NCBI GenBank assembly: GCA_964016885.1
Contig: OZ024740.1
Location: 252,836,001-252,900,000, forward strand
Direction: 5' to 3'
Origin: Eledone cirrhosa
Taxonomy: Eukaryota
DNA: 64,000 bases
Shown: positions 1 through 13,349 of the stretch, piece by piece
Layout of the letters: each line of letters starts with the position of its first letter
Numbering within the stretch: the first letter of the stretch is position 1
Program-made: the position numbers and the translations under genes
The notes under the pieces: generated by a model
Told to the model about the DNA's origin: nothing
Seen by the model: only the letters and a program-made list of their open reading frames with translations
Database searches by the model: none

Positions 1-694
1 CACATAGAAAATAGCCTTGAAAGACTTGTCATTTCCTCTAACTTCATATTCACCAAAACTTCCTGAGGACAGCATGACCATGTGGTTAAAGAGTTCACCC
101 CCATGACCATGTGATTCTGGTTTTGATCCCTTGTGGTATTCGTTCAGCCCAAGTTTCAAACACACAATGTAAAACATATTGTAGCAGAGATTGGCCTGTT
201 GGAAACGACGCTATTGCTCACAAAACGCCAAATATCTCAGAAGTATCTTTTTCCCCAGTCACAAGTGTATGTGGGATGTACATACCTATGTGAGAATAAT
301 TCCCCCACCCACCCGCTTATTAATTTTTCAGATTTTTTCCACCCACACTCCTTTCCCACTTATTAAATTTTGCTACTCTATCACTGGCAAAATTTTATTT
401 TAAGTGGTAGCATTCCTGCGACAATTAATCTTTATATATTAAAAAACATTATACATGACAAAAAAGTACGTATAAAATAAATAGGATGGGTTGGGGTCTC
501 AATAAAAAAACTAAACGAATAATTCTGGTTTTTAAAAAAATCAATGGGGACAACATAGAAAAATTACCGATTTTCCACTTCCTCCACTTATTCCCACCCC
601 CTTATTACTTGGGACATGAGAGTATGTGTAAATGTCTGCATATCTCCTTATAATATATAACCAGCAATTTTTCTGTCTGTCTGTCCAACAGTGG

Positions 695-925
695 AAACAC
701 GTGCGCACGTGCGAATGTTTTTTGCGCACGCGTAGAGAGAGTGAGAGTGAAAGAAAAAGACAGACTACGAGAGGGGGATAGCGGGAGGGAGGGAGGGAGA
801 GAGAGAGAGAGAGAGAGTGAATAGACATTAAAACACGTGCGCGCGTGCGAATGTTTTTTGCGCACGCGTAGAGAGAGTGAGAGTGAAAGAAAGAGACAGA
901 CTACAAGAGGGGGATAGCGGGAGGG
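695..925. repeat. Two direct copies of a ~95-bp CpG-rich unit separated by (GA)n
   Basis: aaacacgtgcgc.cgtgcgaatgttttttgcgcacgcgtagagagagtgag… starts at ~695 and ~831. Confidence 0.9.
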
Positions 926-983
926 GGAGAGGGGGGAATTGAGGAGTGCTACAGAAACATATATACATTTCTGTGTGTGTGTA

Positions 984-1331
984 ATCATCATCATCATTTC
1001 ATCATTTCATTTTACGTCCACTTTTCCCTGCTTGCAAGGGTGGGACGGGAACCGATTCTGGCTTGATTTCTACAGCTGGATGCCCTTCCTAACACCAACC
1101 TCATTTACATTGAGTGCTGGGTGCTTTTTTTCCATGGCGCCTACACGTCCACTTTACAGTGGAATGATAGGGACTCCAGTCCCTATCATCTCATTTCTAC
1201 AGCTGAGTAAACTGGAGCAATGTGAAATAAAGTGTCTTGCTCAAGGAAACAACACATCACCCAGTCCGAGATTTGAACTCACAACCTTTCGATTGCAAGG
1301 CCAATGCTCTAACCACTAAGCCATGTGCCTC
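984..1331 (-). mobile_element. CORE-type tRNA SINE with shortened RTE-derived tail
   Basis: Same head, CORE and junction hairpin (gatagggactccagtccctatc) as 5805-6246. (CAT)n tail. Confidence 0.82.
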
Positions 1332-1462
1332 CATTAATATATATATATATATACACACACAGAAATATATATATATATACACACAGAAATATATATACAT
1401 TTCTGTGTGTGTAATATATATATATACTAGCAGAAAACCACCCGTGGGCGGTTTTCTGCTAG

Positions 1463-2988
1463 TCTATATATATAAAACTGAGGATGTCTGTCTGTGTGTG
1501 CGTGAGTTTGAATCCATAAAACTAGAGAAACACCCAACCGACTGTTTTCAAATTTTACACATATAATACTTGTTTCAGGGAGTGTTCTGAGCAAAAAAAA
1601 ATTTCAAATTTTCAATGCCCTAGAGACCACATTAGGCGATTTAGCGATCTCTCTCTATAATTCTTAGTCTTTCTCTTTTTAGATAGATACATACATATAA
1701 CGTCGCGCCCTTATAATATCTGTCTGTCTGCATTACGTCACTTCCTACAATTCACTCTTCGTCCAGAACAGGCCCTTATAATATCTGTCTGTATGTCTGG
1801 CTGTCTGCATCGCACTCGGCGCGTCAATGTATGGCTGTTAAAGGGGTCGCGAATGCATTCTGATTCATTCTAAAGGCTACCAGTGGAAGCAACCGTAACA
1901 CCCTCCTCCAAATGTCAGAGAACGCAGTCAAAGTCACTATTAAGGGCTACAAGTGAACGCTCACATGGCCCTTTTCAGGGCCACCACTTGAAATTGTTGA
2001 TGATTACCCCTCCTTACTGGGTTTGTCAGTGAACGGCTTACAAGGCCCTTTTAAGGGCCCTTGAAATAACTGATGGCGACCCTTTCGTTTAGGGCTGCCA
2101 GTGAACACGCACACGCCTCTTTAAATTTGTTAAATTATACCCACAGTTTGGTAAACGTTTGTCCAGTTGTGTTACTTACTAAGGTGCGGTGGACTCCTTC
2201 GAGAAGGCTCCACATGCTGTCCGATTGCATGTCATGCCTTGCTCAAGCATTGCAGACTTCGCTCTGACATAAGTGGTGACATCTGTCCTGCTGACTAATG
2301 CCACTTTATTAAAGTACAAAAGCACCAAGCCAATTTTCTCCACGTGGAAGGAGAAGCATACCTAATACTAATTGCATCAGAGCATTCGGTTTATTTTCTT
2401 TACATATTGTCCAGGCATGCACAGTTTTTCCACGATTAGGTCTGTTGGCGTCCCGCGCTATATTTCAGGGAGTGTTAGGCACATAAAAAATTTAACGTTT
2501 TGATCCCCCAGGGCCCGCATGAGGTGAAAAACTGCGTTTTTTCAGCTTTTTAGGGGTATTTTGAGGCGTTACGTCAGACTGATTTCCTTGAAATTGTAAC
2601 TATGTATTAGTCAGTCTCTTCTTCATACCGTGAGCAAAAAAATCCAATTATTTTATGGCCTAGGGCCCGCATTAGGTGAAAAACTTCATTTATTCAGCTT
2701 TTTAGGGCTTTTTTTAGGCGTTATGTCTAGCTGATTTTCCTGAAATTTCAAGGCATATTATGCACATAAAAAGAATTCATTTTCCTCATCCCCTAGGGCC
2801 CGCATTAGTTGAAAACCCGCATTTTTCCTGCTTCATCAAGGAAAATTTTAAAGATTATCCAGCCATCAGAGTACTCGGTTTATTTTCTTTACATATTGTC
2901 CAGGCATGCAGTTTTTCCACGATTAGGTCTGTTGGCGGCCCGTGTTCCAAAATACCTTATCCGGTGCAACACCGGGTACCACTGCTAG
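1463..2988 (+). mobile_element. Non-autonomous Helitron
   Basis: 5' TCTATATATATAAAACTGAG; 3' hairpin ccggtgcaacaccgg then CTAG|T. Contains internal direct and tandem repeats. Shares ends and internal sequence with 42480-43893. Confidence 0.75.
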
Positions 2989-3251
2989 TATTTGTATAAA
3001 TATCACCAACTACTTAGATTCATGGGAGGTAACTCATTCAATGGACGTGATTCAGATAAATTCATGCTACTACTACACATAACATGATATACTACAAAAT
3101 TACATCACTCACTACTACACACCCCACCATACTATACACTCCACCATACTATATTACACACCACACCTCACCCCACATCACAATACACCACAATACACCA
3201 CACCACACAATATATACTACACCACACTACTAGTTATAAAGTGATAAATAC

Positions 3252-3366
3252 CTTCACACCATCAATACAGGATGCATTATTTTGACATGAATTGTTGCTG
3301 CAATCATTGATATTCTCTGAACAACTTGGTCCTGTGAAGCCTGTGTCTGTACAATTACATTCATAC
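3252..3366 (-). CDS. EGF-repeat gene exon J (most 3' exon found)
   Basis: ccttag|G TAT GAA TGT...GTG AAG|gtattt. Encodes YECNCTDTGFTGPSCSENINDCSNNSCQNNASCIDGVK. Phase 2-0, 115 nt. The C-x-C-T-D-T-G-F-T-G loop resembles Crumbs-family EGF repeats. Confidence 0.9.
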
Positions 3367-3599
3367 CTAAGGTAAATAGAAAATTAGTACAAGGTAATCA
3401 CAAATGGACACCATCACCAACACCGTTATCATCACCACATCGCCATTATCACATCACATGGGCAGTTTTCTGCTGGCTTATGTAGTGTGCGTATTGGTTT
3501 TATACGCAAATATATATGCTTATAGATATGGTAGGTAAATTGAAGAGTAAATTGACAATATCTTCTTCTTCGCCCACCTATTTCTGAGAAGGTTGTGGT

Positions 3600-4140
3600 A
3601 GCAGAGTCCTCCTCAAACACTCCTTCCAGCGAGTCTGTCAGAAGCAAACATCTCTAACTGATCCAGCTGGATCTTACAGCGTGACCAGCCAAGCTCATGG
3701 ATGTTATCCAACTATCTTGCTCGGGGTCTACCTCTGGGTCTTTTGCTGGTTGGTTTTGCCTGTAAAATCTGTCCAGCGATTCTTTACTGAGACATTCTAA
3801 CCACATGCTCATAATATCGGAATCATGATCTCTCAATCCGGAGAAGTAGCGGCTCTACCAGGAGTGACACTCTGACCTCTGAGCTATACCCTTTATCGAG
3901 CAACATTACTCCAAAGACCCTTCTGAGGAACCCCATTTCTGCCGTTTGTATGTGCAATTGTATTCTTTCGGTCATTACCCAAGATTCATGATCCTCAGTA
4001 AGAGTTGGCAGAAACACCAGGAAGACAGCAAGTTTGGCTTTTACACCTACCTCCCTTCTTCTGATTACTGAATGCTGAAGCTGGTGCATTGCTGCATCAG
4101 CTTTTGCAATTCTTGTACTTAATTCAGCCTCCTGCCTTCC
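3600..4140 (-). mobile_element. RTE LINE C-terminal fragment
   Basis: ORF 3823-4089: PTLT..HESWVMTERI…AEMGFLRRV.GV.LLDK…EPLLLRIERS. Confidence 0.75.
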
Positions 4141-4399
4141 ATCATTCGTGATACTTTAACTTCTCCAGCTGCTTCAGTGGAACTCCATTCACATGTATAT
4201 AAATTTGAGCAACTTCTGTCCATCCGTCCGTCATAAAATATGTGTGTGTGTTTGTGTGAATGTTTGTAAAAAGGAAGGAAGAGGATACACACATATATGT
4301 CTAACTTAAAAACAGTAACAGATACACACACACGTCTCTAATTTAAGAATGCCAACAAACTCACCCGGGCGCACATACACATACTGTCCTATTACCACT

Positions 4400-4830
4400 G
4401 AAGAGTTTTGGCCCGGGCAAACATCCCCTCAATTTTGAAACCATCTGGGTTGTCCAAAATTGATGGGAAAAGACCTAACGGTCTTACCCTGTGCTCCTGG
4501 TCAAGAGGTAGATGCCTTGTCTGGGACATCACATTTAGTGAGTCTTTTGCTTCTTCCTATATCCTGGATGTAGCAGTAAGGGCAAGAGCCACAGCAACCG
4601 CAGCTGAACAGAACAAAATCCTAAAATACTGTGTTCTGTTGGCTAACTATATTTTCCAGCCTGTGGCGTTTGAGATGTTTGGGGAAGTTGGGCTACTGAC
4701 TGCGAGATTCTTAGCTTCACTGGCGGTAGCCTAACAGAGGTGAAGCTCGTGAAAGCATTTGGCTGTTCCAGTACCTCAGCCTCGCCTTCACCCGAGGTAA
4801 CGCTGCGAGTGTACTGGCTTGCCTCAAAAA
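4400..4830 (+). mobile_element. CRE-clade non-LTR retrotransposon fragment (restriction-like endonuclease C-terminus)
   Basis: PSGLSKIDGKRPNGLTLCSWSRGRCLVWDIT…KY…FQPVAFE.FG, followed by RGNAAS in another frame. Typical of CRE RLE domains. Confidence 0.75.
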
Positions 4831-4890
4831 TTATTAGAGAGGTTTGCCACTGCTCCCCGCAATATTGTCCACCCCTTTTGCCTGCCTTTT

Positions 4891-5646
4891 GTTGTGTGTG
4901 TGGTCCTAGATGTATGTATTACCTGCTTGTGTGTTGTGTGTGGTCCTAGATGTATGTATTACCTGCTTGTGTGTTGTGTGTGGTCCTAGATGTATGTATT
5001 ACCTGCTTGTGTGTTGTGTGTGGTCCTAGATGTATGTATTACCTGCTTGTGTGTTGTATGTGGTCATAGATGTATGTATTACCTGCTTGTGTGTTGTGTG
5101 TGGTCCTAGATGTATGTATTACCTGCTTGTGTGTTGTGTGTGGTCCTAGATGTATGTATTACCTGCTTGTGTGTTGTGTGTGGTCCTAGATGTATGTATT
5201 ACCTGCTTGTGTGTTGTGTGTGGTCCTAGATGTATGTATTACCTGCTTGTGTGTTGTGTGTGGTCCTAGATGTATGTATTACCTGCTTGTGTGTTGTGTG
5301 TGGTCCTAGATGTATGTATTACCTGCTTGTGTGTTGTGTGTGGTCCTAGATGTATGTATTACCTGCTTGTGTGTTGTGTGTGGTCCTAGATGTATGTATT
5401 ACCTGCTTGTGTGTTGTGTGTGGTCCTAGATGTATGTATTACCTGCTTGTGTGTTGTATGTGGTCATAGATGTATGTATTACCTGCTTGTGTGTTGTATG
5501 TGGTCTTAGATGTATGTATTGCCTACTTGTGTGTTGTATGTGGTCCTAGATGTGTGTATTACCTACTTGTGTGTTGTATGTGGTCTTAGATGTGTGTATT
5601 ACCTGCTTGTGTGTTGTGCGTGATCCTAGATGTATGTATTGCCTAC
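4891..5646. repeat. 40-bp minisatellite, ~19 copies
   Basis: Unit gtgttgtgtgtggtcctagatgtatgtattacctgcttgt. Nearly homogeneous, degenerating at the right end. Confidence 0.98.
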
Positions 5647-5804
5647 ATAAACGTCAGCATGTTGAAAAACATCCTAATCTCTTCACTTCTCTCTCTCTCA
5701 TATATATTTATATATATATATACAAGATACAGAGCTTGGCGTTGTTTTGAAAATTAGCTTTGTTTACAAACCAAACAGCGGAAGTTCTATTTCACTATCT
5801 AGTT

Positions 5805-6246
5805 ATCATCATCATCACCGTTTTATGTCTGTTCTTCCATGCTAGCATGGTTTAGACGAATTGTCCTGTTGTGGGCAGTGTCCGGTCGGCTGACCATGCC
5901 TTGCTCATACAGGAACTGATTCTGGCTTGATTTCTACAGCTAGATGCCGTTCCTAACACCAACCTCATTTACAGTGAGTGCTAGGTGCTTTTTTACCATG
6001 GCGCCTACACGTCCACTTTACAGTGTGGGCTGGGTGCTTTTTTGCCGTGGCACCTCCACGACCACTTTGCAGTGGAATGATAGGGACCCCAGTCCCTATC
6101 ATCTCATTTCTAGAGCTGAGTAAACTGGAGCAATGTGAAATAAAGTGTTTTGCTCAAGGAAACAACACATCACCTGGTCCGAGAATTGAACTCACAACCT
6201 TTCGATTGCAAGCCCAATGCTCTAACCACTAAGCCATGCGCCTTCA
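5805..6246 (-). mobile_element. CORE-type tRNA SINE with RTE-derived 3' tail
   Basis: A-box tggcttagtggttagagc, B-box gagttcaattc, CORE-like ttccttgagcaaaacactttatttcac. The tail is near-identical to the RTE 3' UTR at 52905-53160. Confidence 0.85.
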
Positions 6247-6386
6247 CTTGACTAAAAATGCATGTGTGCTCAAAAACCGTCCGCACCCTGTACAAAGTGA
6301 CTATATATAGTCACAGATATGTGACAGATATATATATATATATATCTGTCACATACATGTGACAATATATATATAGTCACTTTGTA

Positions 6387-7636
6387 CAGGGTGCAGACAG
6401 TATTTGAGCACACATGCATTTTTAGTCATTATTTTATTTGACTAATTTTTATTGAACTTCTATTTCAGAAAATACCAATGAAAATAACTATGCTTACTAA
6501 TGAAATGAAAAGGCCTGTTGTGGTTGTGGCTTTGAATGCTAAGCATGGTGATTTAGAAATTTCTTATTTTGTGAAAGTTGCAAGATCTTTTGTCCACAAG
6601 TTTCGGTGCGAGTTAGAGAGAGATGGAAGCGTATTACATGTATCAAAACGTAAAAAACATTCCAAATGCTCTGATTCTATCAGGACACCTGAATTTATTG
6701 AGGAAGCTAAGCAAAACATTGATGACAATCCAGGAAAATCAATGAGGTCAATTGCAAAAAATGTTGGTGTATCAGAAAAAACAATTAGAAATGTTGTGCA
6801 TGAAAACATCAGATACAAATCTTACGTGATGAGGAGAGGTCAATTCATGTCAGAAAAAACAAAAGAAAACCGTTTAATCAGATCCAAACGACTTTTGAAC
6901 AAACTTAAAACTCCATCAGAAGATGATGTGATTTGTTTTTTCTGAGATGAGAAAAACTTTGACCAGGACCAGAAAACTAACACAAGAAATGACAGGTGGC
7001 TATGTGCAGACCCTTCTGAGGTTCCAAGAGTAATGCACACAACATTTCCTGCAAGTGTCATAGTTTTGGGTGTTGTTAGCAATGAAGGACAGGTGATCCT
7101 CCTCACTTTTTTCCACAAGGCCTTAGGGTGAATGCTGCTGCATATATTGAGGTTCTGGATAAAGTTGTTAAGCCTTGGAAGGCCTTATGTCTTTCAACAA
7201 GATTCTGCACCAGTCACACAAGGTTCAAATGACACAAGAATGGATGGTCAATAATTTGCATGATCACATCACCCCCAACATTGGGCCTCCTAATTCTCCA
7301 GATCTCAATCCACTGGACTACTATGTATGGAGCATTGTTGAGAAAAATGTCAATGAACACCCCCCCCCCCCCCTAGAACCAAAGATTCTTTGAAAGCCGC
7401 AATAGTTCAAGTCTGTCCGATATGAACAAGAACCACTTAATCTGAGCCTGCAAATGATTTCGACCCCGTGTAGAGGCAGTTATTGATGCTTATGGTGGTT
7501 TTATTGAATGACATTATTAAATTGATAATTTAGCTTTATGTTTATGTTATTTTTATAAGAATACAGTTTTTTTCTGTTATTATATAAGCGTTTTTTTTAA
7601 ACCATAAATCTGTCCTCAAATACTGTCTGCACCCTG
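6387..7636 (+). mobile_element. Tc1/mariner DD37D (maT-type) transposon, frameshifted
   Basis: TIRs cagggtgcagacagtatttgag…/…ctcaaatactgtctgcaccctg with TA on both sides. Motifs DEKNF, FQQDSAP, PPNSPDLNPLDYYVW. D-D spacing is 37 after correcting one frameshift. Confidence 0.9.
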
Positions 7637-7652
7637 TATGTATGTATGTATA

Positions 7653-7728
<76 letters not shown>

Positions 7729-10079
7729 GTGGTGATATACCGGAAGTATTGAAATTTGAATGCCTTAAAAGAAGTGAATCTTGAAATATGCAATAAAATT
7801 ATTTATGTTTAATAAATTTTTACGAAATTGAGTAGATAAATTATGTAATATTCATTCGTTATCTATTCAAAGTAATCCAACTTATTTTACTAACGGCATT
7901 AAAAAATATATTCTGGATGCTGTCCCACACTCCTCCCTTTATTATAGTATAGATAATAATAGCTTAATATGTAGTTCTTATATAAAATTATACTGGAAGA
8001 TCTTAATTTAAATAGGCACTCATTAAAATGGGTTTGTTTTGTTTTGTAGAACCAGGGCCAGTTTTGGTTAAATTGGTATCAAAAGGGTTAAGTTGGAGTT
8101 AAGAACATAACAAAATATTTTCAAATAAAAATTATGATAAAAGGTTTTAATATACACTCTAAAACAATGTTTGTATGACATAACCAGAGACAATTTCAGG
8201 CAGGTAAGTAGCAGATGGGTTAATAGTTGTGAAAAGCTGTGTGAGCATTAATGTTAATGAGGGTGAGAATCAGGGAAAGTAGCAAAAAGTTAAGGAATAT
8301 GGATCGTTTTATATCTGCATGGAGGTCAGGAAAATAAAGATGGTTAACCCTTTTGATACCACCTTTAGTTTTATGAAACAAAAATGTTCATTTAAAAATA
8401 TTCATATTTAGATTAAAACCTTCCATTAGAATTTAATGTTTGGAAGGGCAACCAGCTATAAAAACTGAAGCAAAATACTTGAGAGAACTCTTCAGTTACA
8501 GGATGAAAGTGACTGGATATCAGAAGAGTGATTGAGCTGAATGTGGAAGGAAGTGGAGGAAGGGAAAACCAAGAAAGGTCTAGATGGGGATGATGGAGAA
8601 GGAAATGAAAGGGTTGGTGAGCAAAGATTCAAACAATAGGGGAAATGGAAAACCTTGCCATAGAGCTTGCTAGGAACCATGGCAAATATGGAATGTATTT
8701 ACAAGACATGGCACTCCAACCTGTCTAGTCTCAGACAGTAACAATGCGTCCAGCCCATGTTGGCAAAGAAAATGGATGCATGGAGGTGGTTGCGGTGGTG
8801 GTGATGATGGGTTAGATGAGGAAAAATTAAAAACATTAATGTTAGCTCATAAGAAAGAATGACTATCAAAAGTGAGATATTCCCAACTAAGTATTTTGAT
8901 ATTATATTAGGCATACCAACGGCATTCTTAGAATTCCATAATGACGGGAACAATTTAAGCCACAATCAAGAAAAATATATGAAGGGTAGGGTATATATGA
9001 ATGATAACATGCTGATGCATATACATACACACACACCCAACGTGCATGCATACACACAAGTACACATATATAAAATGTTGACAAGCATATGTACATACAT
9101 GATGGCTGCCCCCTTGTTATCGAGTATGGCTATTGCACAATATACCATTATTAATAATTACTAATTAATTCTATCGTGCAATGCCTGTGCGTGAAGATAT
9201 TTTTTAAAGTGAGGAAATACTGTGCACTGAGCCAATCCCACTCTCTGAGCGACAGTAGCTATAACCCGAAAAGAAGAAAAGATCGACATCATCAGTAACT
9301 ACTGAGCTGCAGGTTTTATATCGGAGGTATCCCAGTTTCCTGAGTTGCCTTCTCCTAGAAGAATGCCCTGACAAAGGCTAGGGGTCCTTCACTCCCAGTG
9401 GTTTAACCACGCGGTACATGTCTATATACATATTTACACACTTTCGGATGGCAGTTGACTCTTATGAGTTCTTCCGCCCATATATACATACATGCACATA
9501 CATATATAAAACAGATGCTAACAAGCACATGCAGACACATATAAAACATGCAGAAGTGCATATATCCATCCTATGAAACTGGATTTACACTGACTACATA
9601 AATTTCCCCCTGGACACTCTTTCAGATCACTAGAACTTTCATTGCTTTTTGCATATACCAATATCCCACAATTCACAAAAAATTTTTTTTCACTAACTCT
9701 CTCACCATCTCTTTCTAACTATTCTTTTCTACTTCTCTCTCTCCTCTATCTTTCTATTTCTTCTTTAATTTCTCATTCTTTTTTTTTATGAAGGACTAGT
9801 GTCCAAAACATTAAGACTTTTCCTATATTAAGCATGAAACTAATATATATCTTCATTGTACTTCACTGTTGCATTTTTTCTGTTTACTTTTCATATGCGT
9901 GTGTGTAAATTTTAGCAGGTATTTAAATATATTTTTTTAAATAAAAGATAATTTAGTATAATGTTTCATTACCATATTTCTAATGAAAGACACCACAAAT
10001 AGTTTTGAAAATAATTCAAAAAGATTTAATAATATAACTTTCTCATTATTAAGCTGATATTTGGAACATAACTTGAAAA

Positions 10080-12840
10080 AATGGTGTACAGATCCTTGTG
10101 GTCCAAGAACACAAAACCCTTCATGATGAGCCAGTGAAGAGAATGATGATCAGAAGGAGGAGCCAGCTCAGCACCACATTAGCTATGAGGAACACAACTA
10201 ATGCTGCAGTAGGAGGATAGGGTTTGTGTTGAGTGCAGGAGCAAACCAATTAGCGAGGGAGATCATACCTGTCTCACTGCGAGGTTTGAGGATGATTTTT
10301 AATGGAAACCCAAAGCTGACAGACATCTCAGCCCATCGTCCAACTGAAGGGGACAGTGATGTGTGTGCAGAGGAGTACTATGAGGAAGTGTGTAGAGCTG
10401 TCAGAACCACATGAGCTCACAACACCTTGCTTGTTCTGGATGACTTCAATGCACATCTGAGTAAGGAGAGCAGTAAAGATCCTTGCTGATACTTCCATGA
10501 CAATACCAACCAAAACAGGAGACTACTGAGGGACACCTTGCTGGAGGTGAACTTGATGGCAACCAACTTAAGGTTTAGGAAGAAGGTGGAGAAGATGTGG
10601 ACCTATATCTCTGATATGCACCTGACCAAGTCCCAGATTGATTTCATTCTGCATTCTGGAGAGGAGGAAGTGAAGATTAGTGCTCTGAACACAGAACCCT
10701 ACAGTTATTTCAGTACACTGGGCAGTGACTAGCAGTTTGTAATGATTGAGGTCTAGATGAGTTAAGAAAGAGTAGGGCTAAGCCCTGGAGAGCTATTTAT
10801 GACTGGGGAGCTTTCAAGGAAGATGATACGTTAAAGGAGAGGTACACAGTAGAGGTGAGGAACAGGTTCAGTGCTCCATTTGGAAAGGCAGAGGAGGGAG
10901 AGAATGTGAGAACTGAGGAGAGGGTGAAAAGGAGGTACAGGTACTTCACCACTGTAGAGGAAGAAGCAAGTGAAGCGCTGGTGCTTAGGAGAGAGAGGAA
11001 GAGGGATGACAACTCTGCACACCCAAAAGTGTGTGTAGCCAGAGAACAAGTGAGACAATTCCATGCTGACCTACGGAGGCGAGAAAGAAGAATGTGGAGG
11101 TGAGGAAGGAAGAAATCTGTGCCACTTACACTGAGGCCAGAGAGGTGATTCTAATGAAAAAGAATTAGTAGTGTAGAGAGAGCAGTGAACAGGTGTATGT
11201 GTAAAGAGAGCTGGACAATCATCAACAAGATCAAAGAGAGAAAGAGAGAGAGTTTGAGTCAGATCCAGAGAAACAGAACCCAAGGAAAGGAAGTGGCTGG
11301 GTCCTTTTAAGACCATGCTAGGAGAGCCACCTTCCACAGCCCACAGAGAGCAGACAGCTGTTCAAGGAACTGGATATTTAGCCAGGACCCGTCACCAGCG
11401 GGGGAGCTTCAGAGAGCCTAGGAGATGATCAAGGAGGGTAAGGCCCATGGAGAAGATGGATGGCATCAGAGGTGATGAAGAGGTGTGATTTTGATATCAT
11501 CCTGGGGTTCTGTAACCAGGCAATGGAGAAAGGAGTTGCCCCGGATAAGTGGAGGATTAGAAACATCGTCCCAGTACCAAAGAAGGTTGATCTCTCTGAC
11601 ACCAACAACTACAGGGGCATCTCACAGATGTCACTTGTGGCAAAGACCCTCAACAGGATGATTCTTAACAGGATCAAGCCCGAGATGAAGAAGCTTAGAG
11701 ACAACCAGAATGACTTCAGAGAAGGAAAATCAACCACCAGTCATATCCTGATGCTGAAGAGAATTCTAGAGGGAGCTAGAGCAAAAAGGCTTCCTGCTGC
11801 CATGCTTTTCATTGACTTCAGAAAGGCCTTTGATTCTGTAGACTGAGACTGCCTGATGAAGATCTTACAGGTTTATGGAATCCCCAAGAAGATAGTGGAC
11901 CTAATATCATTGCTCTACAACAACACCAGAGCCCAAGTCATCACACCTGTCAGGATGATGAAGTTCTTTGAGATACTGGCTGGAGTGCTCCAGAGCAATA
12001 TATAGGCACCGAAGCTTTTCCCTTTTCATCATTGCAGTGGACTATTCTATGTACACTGGAGAAACAACAGAACCCAGGATTCACAATAACACTGGCTCAC
12101 AGAAGGAGTTAAGGTTAAAAAAGATATCAGATGCTGAATTTGTTGACAACATAGCTCTGGTGACAAACACAGTGAAGGAGGCAAATAGGTGGAGACTGTG
12201 TTGATGAGTGTGGGGTTGAGAATGAATGAGAGTAAGACAAAGTATCTGGTGAAGAACATCAAAGAACCAGAGAAGATTATGAATGTGGATGGGAAGCTGT
12301 TAGAGTTGGTTGAGAACTTCCTGTATCTGGGAGCAAAGATTAGGAACACAGAGCATGATGTAATGGAGAGGAAGAACAAAGTCTGGGTAACATGTCACAA
12401 TTTGTGGTCGATGTGGATGTTGGACGTTCATAAAGACCTGAAGATCCGTCTCTTCATCAATACAGTGGAATCTGTGCTGCTGTACAGGTCTGAAACTTGG
12501 ACACTTACCAAGAGACTCACTCAGATGGTGGATGGGTGTGACATGAGGATACTAAGGATGGCTCTGAACGAAGAACTCAGAGCTGTAAACGAGCCTCCCA
12601 AAAGGGAGACTCCTATACAGCTCTAAGTCAAAGTGACAACAAAGATGACTGAGGTTAGCTGGATATGCTCACCGACATTCAGAACTGACACTGCATCAGT
12701 GCTCCTGTGGGAGCCCCTACACAGACGCACTGGAAGAGGGAGACCAAGGATGACATATATTGATGCCCTAAGGACAGACGATGGTCTCCAGGAGACGTAG
12801 GACATAGAAGAGACCACTGGAGAGTACTTGTCCATGAATC
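10080..12840 (+). mobile_element. Degenerate RTE-group LINE (APE + RT, no PHD insert)
   Basis: Fragments VQEH, DFNAHL, SQIDFIL, NYRGISQMS, FIDFRKAFDSV, FLYLG, ESVLLY.SETW, with many stops and frameshifts. Confidence 0.85.
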
Positions 12841-12859
12841 TCAGGAGTTTTACCTGTCC

Positions 12860-13320
12860 TAGATATATAACAGAGGAGTTTAAAATGGGCTGCCCAAGGG
12901 ACCTTCTCGATGCAGATGATTTGGTCCTTATAGCTGAAACCAAAAAAGAGCTAGAAAATAAATTCAGAATCAAAAGGCTCGAGAGTAAACTTAGCCAAAC
13001 CTAAAGTGCTAATGAGTAGGGTAGAAGAGAAGACAGGACCAAGATTCCCCCAGGGAAGCGGCCATGCTCAATACGAAGAAAAGGAGTAGGCATAAACTCC
13101 ATACAATGTATACAATGTAAATCTTGGGTACACAAAAGATGTAGTGGGATAACGAGTAGACTAACAGGAAGGGAAAACTTTGCTTGTAGAGCAGGAGAAA
13201 TCAAGAGGAAGACTGCTAATGATATAAACTTTTTCCAGTCACAGGAAGGATCCATAGATGTGGTTGATAGCATCTGATATCTAGGTGACCTAATTAGCTG
13301 CGGAGGAAGGTGCACTGAGA
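12860..13320 (+). mobile_element. Internal fragment of PHD-family RTE RT
   Basis: Nucleotide similarity to the region encoding TEEFKTGCP…ADDL…WVHKRCSG…YLGD. Confidence 0.75.
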
Positions 13321-13349
13321 TGTATATACCACAGTCTGCACTATATATA

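Noticed and set aside
4891-5646. CRISPR-like regular repeats
   Set aside because: Head-to-tail 40-bp units with no unique spacers and no cas genes, in a eukaryotic context. It is a minisatellite.
9781-9820. Third hammerhead-like motif (atgaaggactagtgtccaaaac)
   Set aside because: The ggac/gtcc stem is present, but both catalytic cores are mutated and there is no stem I. At most a dead remnant.
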